64,000 nt of DNA from an uncultured delta proteobacterium (GTDB lineage Bacteria > Desulfobacterota > Binatia > UBA9968): positions 1 through 64,000 of the forward strand of contig CAWJZV010000025.1 of the NCBI GenBank assembly GCA_963847445.1, in the 5' to 3' direction. The notes below the pieces were generated by a model that was given only the letters and a program-made list of their open reading frames with translations, made no database searches and had not been told where the DNA came from. Position 1 is the first letter of the stretch, and every line of letters begins with the position of its first letter. Both the position numbers and the translations under genes were made by a program. Below, piece by piece: positions 10,526 through 21,838 of the stretch.

Positions 10526-10694
10526 AATTCCTTTGTTGCGCGCCCGCCGGTTCGCTATGTATGTGTACGAATGTTGTTTGGCATACCGCCCTATCGGGTT
10601 GGTGTCAATTGAAAGTTGGGATCTCGCACACAAAGCCAATTGCCAAATCAAGGAATTCCGATTAGCGTGCGCTCAACGGAAAGGGGCGACGATC

Positions 10695-11681
10695 ATGAAG
10701 CCTGTTTCACGGTATTTCTTGTGCTTGGTGTTGTGCTGGCATATGCAGGGGGCAAATGCGTCGGCCGAGCCGCTGGTGGTCGGCTACTCCGCTGTGAGTT
10801 CGGTGTTCTTGCCGTTCTGGATCGGCAAAGAAGCGGGGTTTTACAAGAAAGAAGGCCTCGACGCGCAGCTCGTCTACATCGCCAGCTCGACGACCATGGC
10901 ACAGGCGATGTTTGCCCGCCAGGTGGCGATCTCGTCGGTCAATAGCGGCAGCGTGGTCACCAGCACGCTTCAGGGCGGCGAACTGGTGCTCATGGGCGCG
11001 GTGATGAATGTGGCCGGATTTTACATCATGACTCGGCCGGAGATCGCCAATGTCCAGGAGCTGCGCGGCAAGAAAATTGGCGTCACGCGCTTAGGCTCGT
11101 CTTCGGATTTCGCCGTGCGCGAATATCTGCAAAGAAATAAGCTGAATCCCAGCCGTGACGTTAACATCGTCCAGATCGGCGGCATGCCGGAATTGGCCGC
11201 GGCGTTGAACAATGGCTCGATCAGCGCGGCGCCGTTGTCGGCGCCGAGTTTCCATATCGCCGAACAACGGGGAAACCGGATCATCGCCAACCTCGCGAAC
11301 GAAGGAATTTACTTTGTCATCGCCGGACTGACGACGACGCGCCGCTATCTGCGCGAGCAACGCGGCGAAGCCAAAGCTTTTCTGCGCGCCTTTGGCCGCG
11401 CCACCCACTTCATGTTTCACCAAAAGGACGAGGCGAAAAAGCTCTTGACCAAATATGCCAAGATCGATGACGCCGGCACGCTCGAAGGCAGCATGAAATA
11501 CGCCTATGACTTTACCGAAAAGATTCCCCTGGTGAAACGTGAAGGCGTGCAAGTGGTGCTCGATCAAGAGGCGGCGAAGATTCCCCAGGCGAAGGATTTC
11601 ACCGCCGAGCGATTCTACGACAACGGTTTGGTGCAAGAGCTTATCAACGAAGGGTTCTACAAATCGCTTTGGGGTAAGTGA
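10695..11681 (+). CDS. NMT1/SsuA-type ABC substrate-binding protein
   Basis: Signal peptide, GFYKKEGLDAQLV, LRGKKIGVTRLGSSSD, IVQIGG. Confidence 0.9.
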   Translation: MKPVSRYFLCLVLCWHMQGANASAEPLVVGYSAVSSVFLPFWIGKEAGFYKKEGLDAQLVYIASSTTMAQAMFARQVAISSVNSGSVVTSTLQGGELVLMGAVMNVAGFYIMTRPEIANVQELRGKKIGVTRLGSSSDFAVREYLQRNKLNPSRDVNIVQIGGMPELAAALNNGSISAAPLSAPSFHIAEQRGNRIIANLANEGIYFVIAGLTTTRRYLREQRGEAKAFLRAFGRATHFMFHQKDEAKKLLTKYAKIDDAGTLEGSMKYAYDFTEKIPLVKREGVQVVLDQEAAKIPQAKDFTAERFYDNGLVQELINEGFYKSLWGK

Positions 11682-11693
11682 AAGGGAGTTTGG

Positions 11694-12734
11694 ATGAACG
11701 CGAGTTATGCACCGATCGATGCCGACGGCCATGTGATGGAGACCGACGACGAACTGCGCCGCTATTTACCGGCGCCGTTCGAGGGGCGGCGCGCGCTAAC
11801 CGCGCTGTTTCCATCCCTCGACGGCTGGCCGCGCAGCACGCGCAAGGCGCCGGACCCAACGCCTTGTTTAGAAAGGTGGCGGATGTTTCTCAATGCCTCC
11901 GGCGTGGCGGGCTCGGTGCTTTATCCGACAATGGGTCTGGCCATGGCGCATATCAAAGACGTCCAATGGGCGACGGTGATGGCGCGCTGTTACAACGACT
12001 ATCTTTACGGCGAATTTCTCGCCCAGGAGCCAGAGCGGCTGTGGGGTGTGGCTTTGCTGCCGATACAAGATGTCGCAGCGGCAGCCGACGAACTTGAACG
12101 CTGCGTCAAGGATTTGCGAATGGTCGGCGGGGTGATTCCTGCCGTCGGTTTGTCGAAAGGGCTCGGCCATCCGATGTACGATCCGCTCTATCGAACCGCT
12201 GTGCGGTTGAACGTGCCGCTGGCGGTGCATGGCGGATCGAGCGCGGGTCTTGGCCTGGATATTCTTGATTCGTTCGTCAAGATTCTCGTCCTTGAACACG
12301 CTGTGGCGCAGCAGATTCATTTTACCAGTTTTCTCCTCGACGGCGGGCCGGTGCGTATTCCCAATCTTAAAATCGCTTTCCTCGAAGCCGGCGTTGGCTG
12401 GGTGCCTTATTTGATGGAACGACTCGACGAAAAATATGAGAAGCTGCCGCACCAGGCGCCGCTCCTGACCAAAGCGCCGAGCGAATATGTTCGGGACGGC
12501 TCGATCTATTTTTCCTGCGAGCTAGAAGAAAAGATTCTTTCTTATGTCATCGGCCTGGGCTTGGAAAAACAGATCATGTATCCGTCGGACTTCCCGCACG
12601 AGCGGCCGACTCTCGAACAGTTTCTCGCCGACATTCCGCACTTCCAGGCGCGCGAGGATCTGTCGGCGCCGGTAAAGAAATTAATTCTGCGCGACAACTG
12701 CATCGATTTTTACTCGTTAAGTTTGGCGAAGTAA
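11694..12734 (+). CDS. Amidohydrolase_2 family protein
   Basis: [31 protein letters not shown]. Confidence 0.9.
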   Translation: MNASYAPIDADGHVMETDDELRRYLPAPFEGRRALTALFPSLDGWPRSTRKAPDPTPCLERWRMFLNASGVAGSVLYPTMGLAMAHIKDVQWATVMARCYNDYLYGEFLAQEPERLWGVALLPIQDVAAAADELERCVKDLRMVGGVIPAVGLSKGLGHPMYDPLYRTAVRLNVPLAVHGGSSAGLGLDILDSFVKILVLEHAVAQQIHFTSFLLDGGPVRIPNLKIAFLEAGVGWVPYLMERLDEKYEKLPHQAPLLTKAPSEYVRDGSIYFSCELEEKILSYVIGLGLEKQIMYPSDFPHERPTLEQFLADIPHFQAREDLSAPVKKLILRDNCIDFYSLSLAK

Positions 12735-13510
12735 GTGGGAACTGTGGAACCCAAAGTCATATTGGCGCGGCCGGACGATCACCGCGGCATTCTCTGCCTG
12801 CAAGAAGCGGTGGATGCGATGTTAGAGGCATTTCGCTATTGGGCGCGCGACCCGTTGGTCGCCGAGCTGCGCCGGCGCACGCATACGCCAAAGACGTGCG
12901 CATCACGCTGCATCAAGGCGCGGCGCCCGGCTTCGGTACCACCGGCATGATGGGGCACGCCGAGCTGGTGCGCATCTTTGGCAACATCCAGAAATATCCG
13001 CGTCGCGGCCGGCCGGTGCTGGTGCTTTACGATGCCTACGGCGTCGAGACCAAAGCACTGAACCGAGCTCATGCTCGTAATCGCGAGCGTTTCCCGCAGG
13101 ACTTTGCCTTTCAGTTAACCGAAAAGGAGTTCGTTGACTTGAGGTGCCAATTTGGCACCTCAAGATGGGGAGGGCGCCGCTATCGACCCTATGCTTTCAC
13201 CGAACAGGGGGTCGCGATGCTATCGGGGGTCTTGCATAGCCGGCGCGCCGTTCAAGTCAATGTCGCGATTATGCGGACCTTCGTACGGCTGCGCCAACTG
13301 TTGGCGTCAAACGCCCGCTTGGCGCGCAAGCTGGAAGAGATGGAAGAAAAATACGATAGCCAGTTCAAAATCGTATTCGACGCGATCCGAGAGCTGATGA
13401 CACCACGGAACCCAAGAAACGGCGGATCGGCTTTCTCGTCGGCGAACGACCGGCACCCTATGGTAAAGCACGAAGCAAAGCAGTTCAGTAGATCTTTAAT
13501 TGTTCATTAA
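12735..13510 (+). pseudogene. Chimera: ornithine cyclodeaminase/mu-crystallin N-terminus fused to an N-truncated ORF6N-domain protein
   Basis: [10 protein letters not shown]...[13 protein letters not shown]...PVLVLYDA | [25 protein letters not shown]...[19 protein letters not shown]...[10 protein letters not shown]; junction ~13036. Confidence 0.7.
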
Positions 13511-13528
13511 CTGAACGGAAAGGAATCA

Positions 13529-13954
13529 ATGATAATGTCTATCGATGGAGTTCGTTTTGGCCATGTGGCCTTTAAAGTTGCGGATGTGGAAAAGAGCATT
13601 CGCTGGTACGGCGATGCGTTCGGCGCCAAGGTGATCTATCGCGTCGAGCCGAGCGGCGAGCGGCCGGAGCTGATGTTCTTGGAGTTTTCCAAAGGACAGT
13701 GCGTCGAGCTTTTCCCCGGCGGCAAAAACATGTTGGCGTCGCCGCCCGATCCGATCGGCTACATTCATTTCTGTCTGGTGCTCGATAATCTGGAGCAGGC
13801 ACTGGAGCATCTGGCCAAGATGGGTGTGAAGCCCGATCGCAAATTCATCGGCCGCGCCAAGCAGCGCATCGCGTTTGTCTCCGATCCCGACGGTAACAGT
13901 ATCGAGCTGATGGAAATTCCACCGGAGTCGGAGATCTACCGAACCTATCCGTGA
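13529..13954 (+). CDS. VOC/glyoxalase family protein
   Basis: GHVAFKVADVEKS, HFCLVLD, FVSDPDGNSIELME. Confidence 0.9.
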   Translation: MIMSIDGVRFGHVAFKVADVEKSIRWYGDAFGAKVIYRVEPSGERPELMFLEFSKGQCVELFPGGKNMLASPPDPIGYIHFCLVLDNLEQALEHLAKMGVKPDRKFIGRAKQRIAFVSDPDGNSIELMEIPPESEIYRTYP

Positions 13955-14928
13955 TGCCAATGTTTTTGCGACTCTGTGTCTTGCTCCTGCTGTTGGTTTG
14001 GGCTGGTGAAATGCCGGCGCAGACCGCGGGCGCGCGCAAGGCGCCGGTGCGAATCATCTACAGCGCGCTCACGGCGTCAAACGGGCCGGTGTGGGTTGCT
14101 GCCGATCAGGGACTTTTCGAGAAATACGGTCTCGATGTCCAGATCGTACACGGCCGCGGCGCTTCGCCGATCCAAGCGCTGGCCGGCGGCACCGTCGAGT
14201 TGGGCCACTTTGCCGGCGCGTCAGTGATCTCGGCCAATCTCGGCGGCAGCGATCTGGTTTTTGTCGCGGCGCAGACCAATTACGTCGTGCTGTCGATTTG
14301 GACGCGCAAGGATTCGCCGATTAAAACGCTCGCGGACTTGGCCGGGAGAAGCATCGGCGTGAGCGCGCCGGGCTCGGCGACACACACGACGACGCGAGCG
14401 GCGCTGCGCAAGGCCGGGATAGCGGACAAGGATATGAAATTCGTCCATCACGGCGCGCTGCCGGAGATTTTCGTTTCATTGGACAAGGGGTTGGTCGACG
14501 CCGGCGTTGCCTCCGCGCCCCGCCCCGCTTTTCGTGAGCTCGTCGATCTGGCGACGCAGAGGATTCCGTTTCTCCAAGGAGCGATCATCGTCAACCGGAG
14601 TTATCTCCAACGTGAACGGCCGGTGCTGCTGAATTTCTTAAAGGGCTTCGTTGAAGCGATGAAACTGGTGCGGGAAAAGCCGGAGGTGGTGACCGCCTCG
14701 CTGATGAAGCATCTGCGCATCCCACAGGAGATTGCCCGCGGAGCGTATCGTTCGTTCGTCAATGTCTGGGAGGAAGTGCCCTATGTGCGCGCCGAGTCGG
14801 TGCAGGCGATTCTGGATTTTCTGCCGAAGGAGCAGGTGAAAGACATCACGCCGGAAAAATATATCGACAACAGTTTGATTCGGGAGTTGGAAACGTCTGG
14901 TTTCGTCAAGAATCTCTACCGCAAATAA
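13951..14928 (+). CDS. NMT1/SsuA-type ABC substrate-binding protein
   Basis: Signal peptide, WVAADQGLFEKYGLDV, IKTLADLAGRSIGVSAPGS. Confidence 0.9.
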   Translation: MMPMFLRLCVLLLLLVWAGEMPAQTAGARKAPVRIIYSALTASNGPVWVAADQGLFEKYGLDVQIVHGRGASPIQALAGGTVELGHFAGASVISANLGGSDLVFVAAQTNYVVLSIWTRKDSPIKTLADLAGRSIGVSAPGSATHTTTRAALRKAGIADKDMKFVHHGALPEIFVSLDKGLVDAGVASAPRPAFRELVDLATQRIPFLQGAIIVNRSYLQRERPVLLNFLKGFVEAMKLVREKPEVVTASLMKHLRIPQEIARGAYRSFVNVWEEVPYVRAESVQAILDFLPKEQVKDITPEKYIDNSLIRELETSGFVKNLYRK

Positions 14929-14936
14929 ATCTTCGC

Positions 14937-16018
14937 TCAATAGGGTTCGAAGTCGCGCAAAGCCGGCAGGACTTCGCTGCCGAAGAGTTTGATCGAGCGC
15001 ATTAAATCTTCTTCTGCGATGGCGCCGATGTTGAACTCGGCCATGACGGTGTTGAATACGCCCTCGCTGGCCGCTTGCTTGATCTGTTCGATGACAGTTT
15101 TCGGCGAGCCGACAAAGGCTAAGTTGCTGTTCTCGCAAATATTCGACGTCGATCGAGTGGCGCGCGATCTCGGCGCCGCGGGGATTGCCGCGTTTCTCGT
15201 GGTTCTCGGCAAGCCGCTGGTAGCCGATGCCACCGTCCGCGCGGGTGCCAAAGACATTGGTGAAACAGTGCTCGAAATAGGGTTTAGCTTTCGCCACGGC
15301 TTTGGCGTCGGTCTCATCGACGTAGACTAACACCCAGTAACCGATATTCGGCTTGCCGGTGTGGCCGCGCGTCACGCCATAAGCGCAAATATTCGCGATA
15401 GCGCGGCGCAACCTCGTCGCGCGGCACCAAGAAAAGATACCCCGTATGGACGCCTTCGCGGGCGAGGAGCGCCAGAGTGTCGGCGTCGCGCGAATGAATC
15501 CAAATCGGCGGATGGGGCTGTTGGAGCGGCTTAACCCCGAGCGTGACGTTTTGGTACTGGTGAAATTCCCCGTTGAAGCTGAACGGCCCCTGGCTCGACA
15601 GCGCTTGTTTGATGCAGAGCAGCGCTTCGTGAGTGAGCGCGCGGCGATTATTAAAATCAGCGCCGTAGGGTCCGAAGAAGTCGGGCACAATGCCGGAGAC
15701 GAGTCCCAGTTCAAACCGGCCATTGGCGAGGTTGTCCAGCACCGCGGCGTCTTCGGCGATACGCAACGGATCGTAAAGCGGCGCGATATTGCCCATGGTG
15801 CCGACGCGCAGCCGTCGGGTATGGGCGGCCGCCGCGGCGCAGTAAATCGACGGCGACGGCATCCAGCTTTCGCGCGGATTGAAGTGATGCTCGACGCAAA
15901 AGCCATAGTCAAAACCGAGTTCGTCTGCCGCTGCTAATTCGCGCCACAGTTGCTCGTAGCGCTCCGCCGCGTTCATACCGGGCTTGTTCCAAACATGAGA
16001 GAAGTGGGCGAATTTCAT
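14937..16018 (-). CDS. LLM class flavin-dependent oxidoreductase, frameshifted
   Basis: ADELGFDYGFCVEHHF, PLRIAEDAAVLDNLANGRFELGL, KPLQQPHPPIW, VGSPKTV...SIKLFGSEVLPAL. Confidence 0.9.
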
Positions 16019-16061
16019 GGCAGTCCGTATCGACCTTTTGGCGTTGACTCGGCAAATTCGC

Positions 16062-17060
16062 TCAACGTTTCTTGTAGAGGCTATCGGTATAACCGCTCAG
16101 ATCCAATTCTTTCACGAAGCTGGCGTCGAAATAGTCCTCGGGATTGTGCGACTTGGCTTTCGGCTCTGAAGCGAGGATGGTTTTCAGACCTTCGACGGAC
16201 GGATATTGCTTTCTCGGCAGTACCGCTTCACTGATTAAATTTTCCCAGGTTTTTTCCAAGACATCGCGCTCGACGGTACGGCCGATAAATCGCCCCAAGG
16301 CTCGGATGGCGCTTTCTTTGTCGGTGTAAATACGATGGACGGCTTCGATTTGAGATTTTACATAGCGCCTAACGACATCGCGATTTTCTCGAATATATTT
16401 TTTGGTCGTGGCGACGGCGGTGTGTTGATAGACAAGTCCAAGCTTGGGCAGATCGGCGAGAGTGTTCATGCCGCGCTTTTGCGCGATGATACTGGCCGGC
16501 GGATTGACCACGGTGGCTTGCACGCGTCCGGCGAGCACCGCGTCGACGCGCGCCGTGGTGCTGCCGATCTGCACGATGGTGACATCTTTGCCGGGCGTCA
16601 GGCCAATCTTCGTCAGCGCGTAGCGGGCGATAAAGTCAGATGACGAGCCGAACCGGCTGATCGCCACCGAGCCGCCCTTCAGCTGCTCGGGAGTTTTTAT
16701 CTCCGGCCGGCTTAGCAGGTAATAGTTTAGCGAGATGACGCCGCCGGCGACGATGGTCGCATCGGAACCCGCCATGACGGAATTCACTACCGCGGGCCCG
16801 GCCAACTGCGCGATCGGCGTATCGGCTGAGACCAGCGCCATGATCGCGGTGGTGCCGCCGGCGAAGAAAACCGCTTGAACGTCGAGGCCATTTTTTTCAA
16901 AGATACCGGCGTCTTTGGCCAGCCACGCCGGCAGCGCATCGCCGCTGATGGCGCTGTAGCCGACGTTGATTTTCGTCAGTTGCGCCTGCGCCGATTGAGC
17001 TAAGACGGTGAATAGCGCCACGGCAGGAATGATTCGCGCAAAGCTTTTCAATCTAAGCAT
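16062..17060 (-). CDS. NMT1/SsuA-type ABC substrate-binding protein
   Basis: Signal peptide, AKDAGIFEKNGLDV, ISRFGSSSDF, YPSVEGLK. Confidence 0.9.
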   Translation of the reverse strand: MLRLKSFARIIPAVALFTVLAQSAQAQLTKINVGYSAISGDALPAWLAKDAGIFEKNGLDVQAVFFAGGTTAIMALVSADTPIAQLAGPAVVNSVMAGSDATIVAGGVISLNYYLLSRPEIKTPEQLKGGSVAISRFGSSSDFIARYALTKIGLTPGKDVTIVQIGSTTARVDAVLAGRVQATVVNPPASIIAQKRGMNTLADLPKLGLVYQHTAVATTKKYIRENRDVVRRYVKSQIEAVHRIYTDKESAIRALGRFIGRTVERDVLEKTWENLISEAVLPRKQYPSVEGLKTILASEPKAKSHNPEDYFDASFVKELDLSGYTDSLYKKR

Positions 17061-17125
17061 ATGAAGAACCTCGACGTGTTAGTTTTTCTCCAGGCAACTC
17101 AAGGGCGGTCATGAAAACGACCTGC

Positions 17126-17989
17126 TCAATAGCCGTACTTCTTTTCCATTTCCTTGAGCTCGGCATTGCCCATGTTGGCGTACCATTTGCGCGTATCCTC
17201 GATGCCGGGAGTGTTTTTGAAATAGGCCGCTTCTGTGCCGTTCTTTTTCAGTTCTTCCAAGCACTGGCGCATGCCGTGCAGCATGGCGACTTGCAGCACC
17301 GTCGGGATGCAGCCGACGCGGCCGCCCAACTCGCCGTAGCGCTGGATCGTCATCACGCCGCGCGGCGGCACGCCGACCAGCGGCTTGCCGAGCTTGGCGT
17401 AGGCTAGGATTTCTTCCTCCGTGCGCGCGCTGACCCAGGAGGCGTCGGCGCCGGCTTCGATGCAGGCCTGGGTGCGTTCGAGGCGCTCTTGCAGCGAGTC
17501 CTTGGCTTCCGAGCGGGCGATGATGACGAGGTCCTGGTCGGTGCGTGCGTCCACGGCGGCTTTGATTTTGGCGACGAATTCCTCGCGCGAGATCAAGCCG
17601 ACATCGAAGCCTTCATGGCCGGCGCGCTTGGGCGTCATCTGGTCTTCGATGTGGATGGCGGCGACGCCGGCACGGTCGAATTCCTTTACCGCGCGATAGA
17701 CGTTGACGGCGTTGCCGTAGCCGGTCTCGGCGTCGCTGACGATGGGAATGTTGACGGCGTCGACGATTTCGCGCGCCTTGTTGATCATCTCGGTGAGGGT
17801 AAGCAAGCCGGCGTCGGCAAATCCGAGCGAGCGGTGTTGTCCGCTGCCGGAAATATGCACCAGCGGAAAGCCCTGCCACTCAACCAAGCGGGCTTGAATG
17901 CCATCGTTACAACTCGGCGCCAGATGACAGGTGGGCTGCTGCATCATCGCTTTCAACGCTTTACGTTTTTCATTTGCGGTCATAGCCAT
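17126..17989 (-). CDS. Isocitrate lyase/PEP mutase family protein
   Basis: DAGLLTLTEM, SDAETGYG, IHIEDQMTPKRAGH, VIIARSEA. Confidence 0.9.
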   Translation of the reverse strand: MAMTANEKRKALKAMMQQPTCHLAPSCNDGIQARLVEWQGFPLVHISGSGQHRSLGFADAGLLTLTEMINKAREIVDAVNIPIVSDAETGYGNAVNVYRAVKEFDRAGVAAIHIEDQMTPKRAGHEGFDVGLISREEFVAKIKAAVDARTDQDLVIIARSEAKDSLQERLERTQACIEAGADASWVSARTEEEILAYAKLGKPLVGVPPRGVMTIQRYGELGGRVGCIPTVLQVAMLHGMRQCLEELKKNGTEAAYFKNTPGIEDTRKWYANMGNAELKEMEKKYGY

Positions 17990-18022
17990 TTTCTTTCTTC
18001 CTTCCTGGTTCGTTATCGTTAT

Positions 18023-18706
18023 TTAAGCCTTTTGCACGCCGGCGCGGGCAAATTCATCGCTGCGGCCGACGGTGGCTTTCAGTAATTCCGGCGGGATGAT
18101 CTTGGCGCCGCCCAAAACCTCGGCGTAGATCGCCATTTGCGCCGCTTCTTCGACAATCAAATTGGCCCGCGCTGCGGCGGCGGGATTGGCGCCGAAGGCG
18201 AGCACGCCGTGGTTTTCCAATAGCACGGCTTTGGTGTTCTTCGTCCCGTTCAAGGCGGTGACGATGTTGGCGATGGATTCGCCGGAGCCGCGTGGGCCAT
18301 ATTTCGCTAACGGCACGCCGTCGGCCATTTCATTGCGTACCAACGCTTCATAGGAGCAAGCCAAGGCGCGGCTCGCCAGGGCGAAGCTGGTGGCGTAGGT
18401 CGAGTGGGTGTGGACGACGGCGCCGGTCTCCGGCCGTTGTTTGTAGACGATGGCGTGCATGTGGACGATCTCGGCGTTGGTCGGGTTGATCTCGCCTTCG
18501 ACGAGTTTGCCGTCGAGATCGAGCAGCGCGAGATTCTCCGGCTGCAAATTATCGAAGGAGCTCGATGCGGTGAGCAAGATCGTGTCGGTGCCGGGCACGC
18601 GCACGCTAAAGTTGCCATGGTGGCTCATCGAGATCGCGCCGATGCGGACGAGAAAATTCGCGCTCTCGATGACCGCTTGGCGCAGTTCGCTGTGTTTTAG
18701 TGCCAT
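18023..18706 (-). CDS. Class II aldolase/adducin family protein
   Basis: GNFSVR, HAIVYKQRPETGAVVHTHS, LLENHG. Confidence 0.9.
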   Translation of the reverse strand: MALKHSELRQAVIESANFLVRIGAISMSHHGNFSVRVPGTDTILLTASSSFDNLQPENLALLDLDGKLVEGEINPTNAEIVHMHAIVYKQRPETGAVVHTHSTYATSFALASRALACSYEALVRNEMADGVPLAKYGPRGSGESIANIVTALNGTKNTKAVLLENHGVLAFGANPAAAARANLIVEEAAQMAIYAEVLGGAKIIPPELLKATVGRSDEFARAGVQKA

Positions 18707-18772
18707 TGGTTTTCTCCTCGTATTGTTGCAACCGACAATATCGCGATCAGGTGGACGGTCTCAAGCCTTTGG

Positions 18773-19453
18773 CTATCGAGATTCGACCCGGCTGCTGAAA
18801 TATTCCCACGCCCGGTTGGAGACTTCTGCACCGGAGACTTGCGGATATATGACCGCCAGTTCCTCCGCCGTGAAATAGCGCGGCTTGCCCGCGGACATGG
18901 CGCGCAGCTGATAATTGGCCGCTTCTTCCATCCATAGGGTCATGATGCAGACGCGCCGGACATCTCTGTCGGCGACATTGACGCCATGGCCGCGCAGCAA
19001 CATGGCGCCATGCTTGCCGAGAGTCTTGGCCACGGCATCGCCCAATTCGCGGGTGCGAATCAAGGTGATCGGATCGAAGACCTGGACGTCATTTCTAAAC
19101 ACCGCGCCCGACGCGTGCAGCGGGCGCACGGTTTCACCGAGAGCGCCCAACACCACGCAGCTCGGCGGATGCACATGGCATACCGATTGGACATCGGGGC
19201 GCGCTTGGTAAATCCGCGCGTGAATCCAAAATTCGGTGTTCGGCCGGCCTTCACCGGAAAGCTGATTGCCGTCGACATCGAGCGTCAAAAGATTATCCAG
19301 TCGCACCAGCGCGGGACTCATGCGCGGCGGGAATATGAACGTATTCGTGCCAGGAATGCGCGCGCTGACATGGCCAAAGGCGGCGGCGATGCCTTGCTGG
19401 TGGAGAATGTGGCTGGCGGTGACGATGTCTTGCTTTAGCTCGTCGATGTCCAT
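18773..19453 (-). CDS. Class II aldolase/adducin family protein
   Basis: FGHVSARIP, EFWIHARIYQARPDVQSVCHVH, LLRGHG. Confidence 0.9.
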   Translation of the reverse strand: MDIDELKQDIVTASHILHQQGIAAAFGHVSARIPGTNTFIFPPRMSPALVRLDNLLTLDVDGNQLSGEGRPNTEFWIHARIYQARPDVQSVCHVHPPSCVVLGALGETVRPLHASGAVFRNDVQVFDPITLIRTRELGDAVAKTLGKHGAMLLRGHGVNVADRDVRRVCIMTLWMEEAANYQLRAMSAGKPRYFTAEELAVIYPQVSGAEVSNRAWEYFSSRVESR

Positions 19454-19557
19454 AGGCGTACCTCTTCACAGATTGTCTCAAATCACTTATGCCAAGGCGC
19501 GCACAATGTCTACGGCTCCGATCTTGGATCGAACCGAGAACAAGCAAGACGAAGGCG

Positions 19558-19589
19558 AAAAAAAACCGGCTCGATGGCTCGAGCCGGTT
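19558..19589 (-). terminator. Rho-independent terminator after the metallopeptidase
   Basis: AACCGGCTCGA-gcca-TCGAGCCGGTT followed by a T-run on the minus strand. Confidence 0.8.
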
Positions 19590-19623
19590 CGACAGAGGGA
19601 CGGTGATGTGAACCTTGGGCGGA

Positions 19624-21437
19624 CTACTTGGCAACCACGCTGACAGTGTTCGAATAGGCAGAATGGCCGCTCGCGTTGTAACTGCGCACTCGGTAGTAGT
19701 AGGTCGATCCTGAGCGGCGGTTACCATCGGTAAAAGCCGTTACGTTGGCGCCACGGGTGGCGATTCGAATAAAGCTCGAGCCGTCCGTGGAGCGCTCGAT
19801 TTTGAAGCCTTTCTCGTTACTGGAGTTGTCGTTCCAGGTGAGATTGATGCGCCGCGCGAGTGTCGACGAACCGACGAGACCGCTCGGCGCGCTCAACCCG
19901 CTCACTACGGTGATTTGCAGTGTCGCGCTGTCGGTGACGCCTTTGCCGTCGGTAACGCTCACTGTGAAAGTGTTCACTCCCAGATCGCTGCCACTCGGGG
20001 TGCCGGTCAAAGCGCCGTTTTGGGCGACAATGAGCCAGGCTGGTCCGCCACTCTTGGAGAATGTCAAAGCGTCGCCGTCAGCGTCGCTGGCGTTGCTGGC
20101 GACGCTGCTTGAATAGGCTAGCGCCTGGGTGGCGTTTGGCTTGCTAATCGGATCGCTGGTAAACGCCGGTGGATTATTGGCGGCGGCGGCGTCGCCGCTG
20201 CGAAAGGCGGCGACGATCGGCGCGGTCAAATCTCCTGTCCAAGCATTGTCACGCTGGTTGGCGATGCCGGTCGGCAGACCGTTGTAGAGAACATCGGGAT
20301 TGGAGTAATGCAACACGCGCGGACAAGGCGCGGCGCAGGCGTAGGACATAATCGTGCGGAATGAGCCCGGGACGTTGTGGCCGAAAGACCAGTCATAGGA
20401 AGCACCCGCCGGGGAAATTCCCGCGGTAGCCGGGTCATGCTCCATACCGAGGTTGTGACCGTGTTCATGAGCTAAGGTGCTATTGGCAAGACAGCCGCGT
20501 GCCGTGACTTGAAAGGCATAGGAGGCGAAACCAGCGCCAGGATTTCTTTGCACCCAGCCGATGCCGCAATAACCGCCGCCGTTTTCGGTGATCAGCGACA
20601 CCATGTCGGCCGAGTGGGTATTGCGCAAGGAGGCGACGGCTGCGTTACCGGTGACCCAATTCAAGTCGGAGTCAATATTGCCGGAATCGTTGTAGGCCAC
20701 TTCGGCGGTGTGCGCCAAGCGGTAACGCGCGATCATGTTACTGTTGATAAAGGCTGTGTTGGCTTGATCGACGGCGGCTTGAATTTGCGCTTGGATTTGC
20801 GCTACACCGCCAGCGGCGGCGCGAGCCTGGGGCGTGTAGACCGACATCAAGACAATTTCTGTTGTCGTTGTTGCTGCTGCGCTGGCGGGCGCGGTTGCGC
20901 TGCTGGTGACGCTCAGGTCGGCGCGCCAGCGCGCTTTGGCGGGACTTTATCGTGGCCATGGGTACGATGGTCATGGCCCCATTCGGGGTTAAAACTGTCG
21001 GTGTCGATTTTTTCGATGATCGTGCGGCCATCGCGTCCCGGACGCAACGTATAGATTTCGTTGCCGCTCTGTATATGGCCGAGGAGAATGCCGTTATGGA
21101 GGGTCAAAGTCACCTTGCTGCTTGGGTCGTCGTCGGCCTGACCGCGCCATACCATGTTGTCCGCGCTGCGCTGGTCGTGATGATGACGGTCGATCAGCAG
21201 ATCGGCTTTGCCGGGCACGACGATCGTCAAGCGCTCGGGGTTACTGGCCAGAAGGTTGTGATCAACGTCGCCGATGGACGCCACGCTGGCGTTGCGCTCC
21301 GGCAAGACGGCCACTGGCCGTTGGCGAAACAGGTGAGGGTGGGATTGGGCAATCGCGCTGGCGTCGAGTTGGCCGGCTATGACTGCGATGCTACCGAGGA
21401 CGACTAATCGTCGCATCGTTGACTTAAATCGGTTCAT
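19624..21437 (-). CDS. Secreted M12/reprolysin-like zinc metallopeptidase with Ig-like (He_PIG) and FN3 domains; frameshifted near 20850-20915
   Basis: Signal peptide and prodomain; HEHGHNLGMEH...TIMSY Met-turn; DADGDALTF...GALTGTP; APSGL...LTWNDNSSNEKGFKIERS. Confidence 0.88.
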
Positions 21438-21523
21438 GGTTGCGATCCTTTCCACTTTTCATTGTCCCGGCGGGAAGATCCGCCAGGAGCTCGTGAAGCT
21501 GATTTGTCTCGGTGTACGTGGAG

Positions 21524-21539
21524 AGCATTGCTCGTGCCA
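21524..21539 (-). promoter_or_regulatory. Putative sigma54 (-24/-12) promoter
   Basis: TGGCAC-GAGCA-ATGCT ~90 nt upstream of the peptidase start. Confidence 0.6.
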
Positions 21540-21838
21540 CCTTCCCGGCGAATTTGTCTGCGTCCCGCTGCACCCCAATTGGCAGAATTTTCAGCTGTGA
21601 GCCGGTTTGGGTTATTGCTGGAGGCTATGCGGGCAGACCAAAATCGTCCGTGGCGATGGCGCCAGTGCCATTGTCCAGCATTTGGCGGGATCAGCGGCTG
21701 ATTCGTAAAGCGAATATTTTGGCGGTCGCGAGGTATGCTTGATCGAGCCCCTTTTTGGGCGCGACCCTAGCCCAGTTGAGTAGGCTGCCGCTATCGGATA
21801 GTTTTGTCTGGTCATTAGGCAACGGTGCCGTGAATCCC

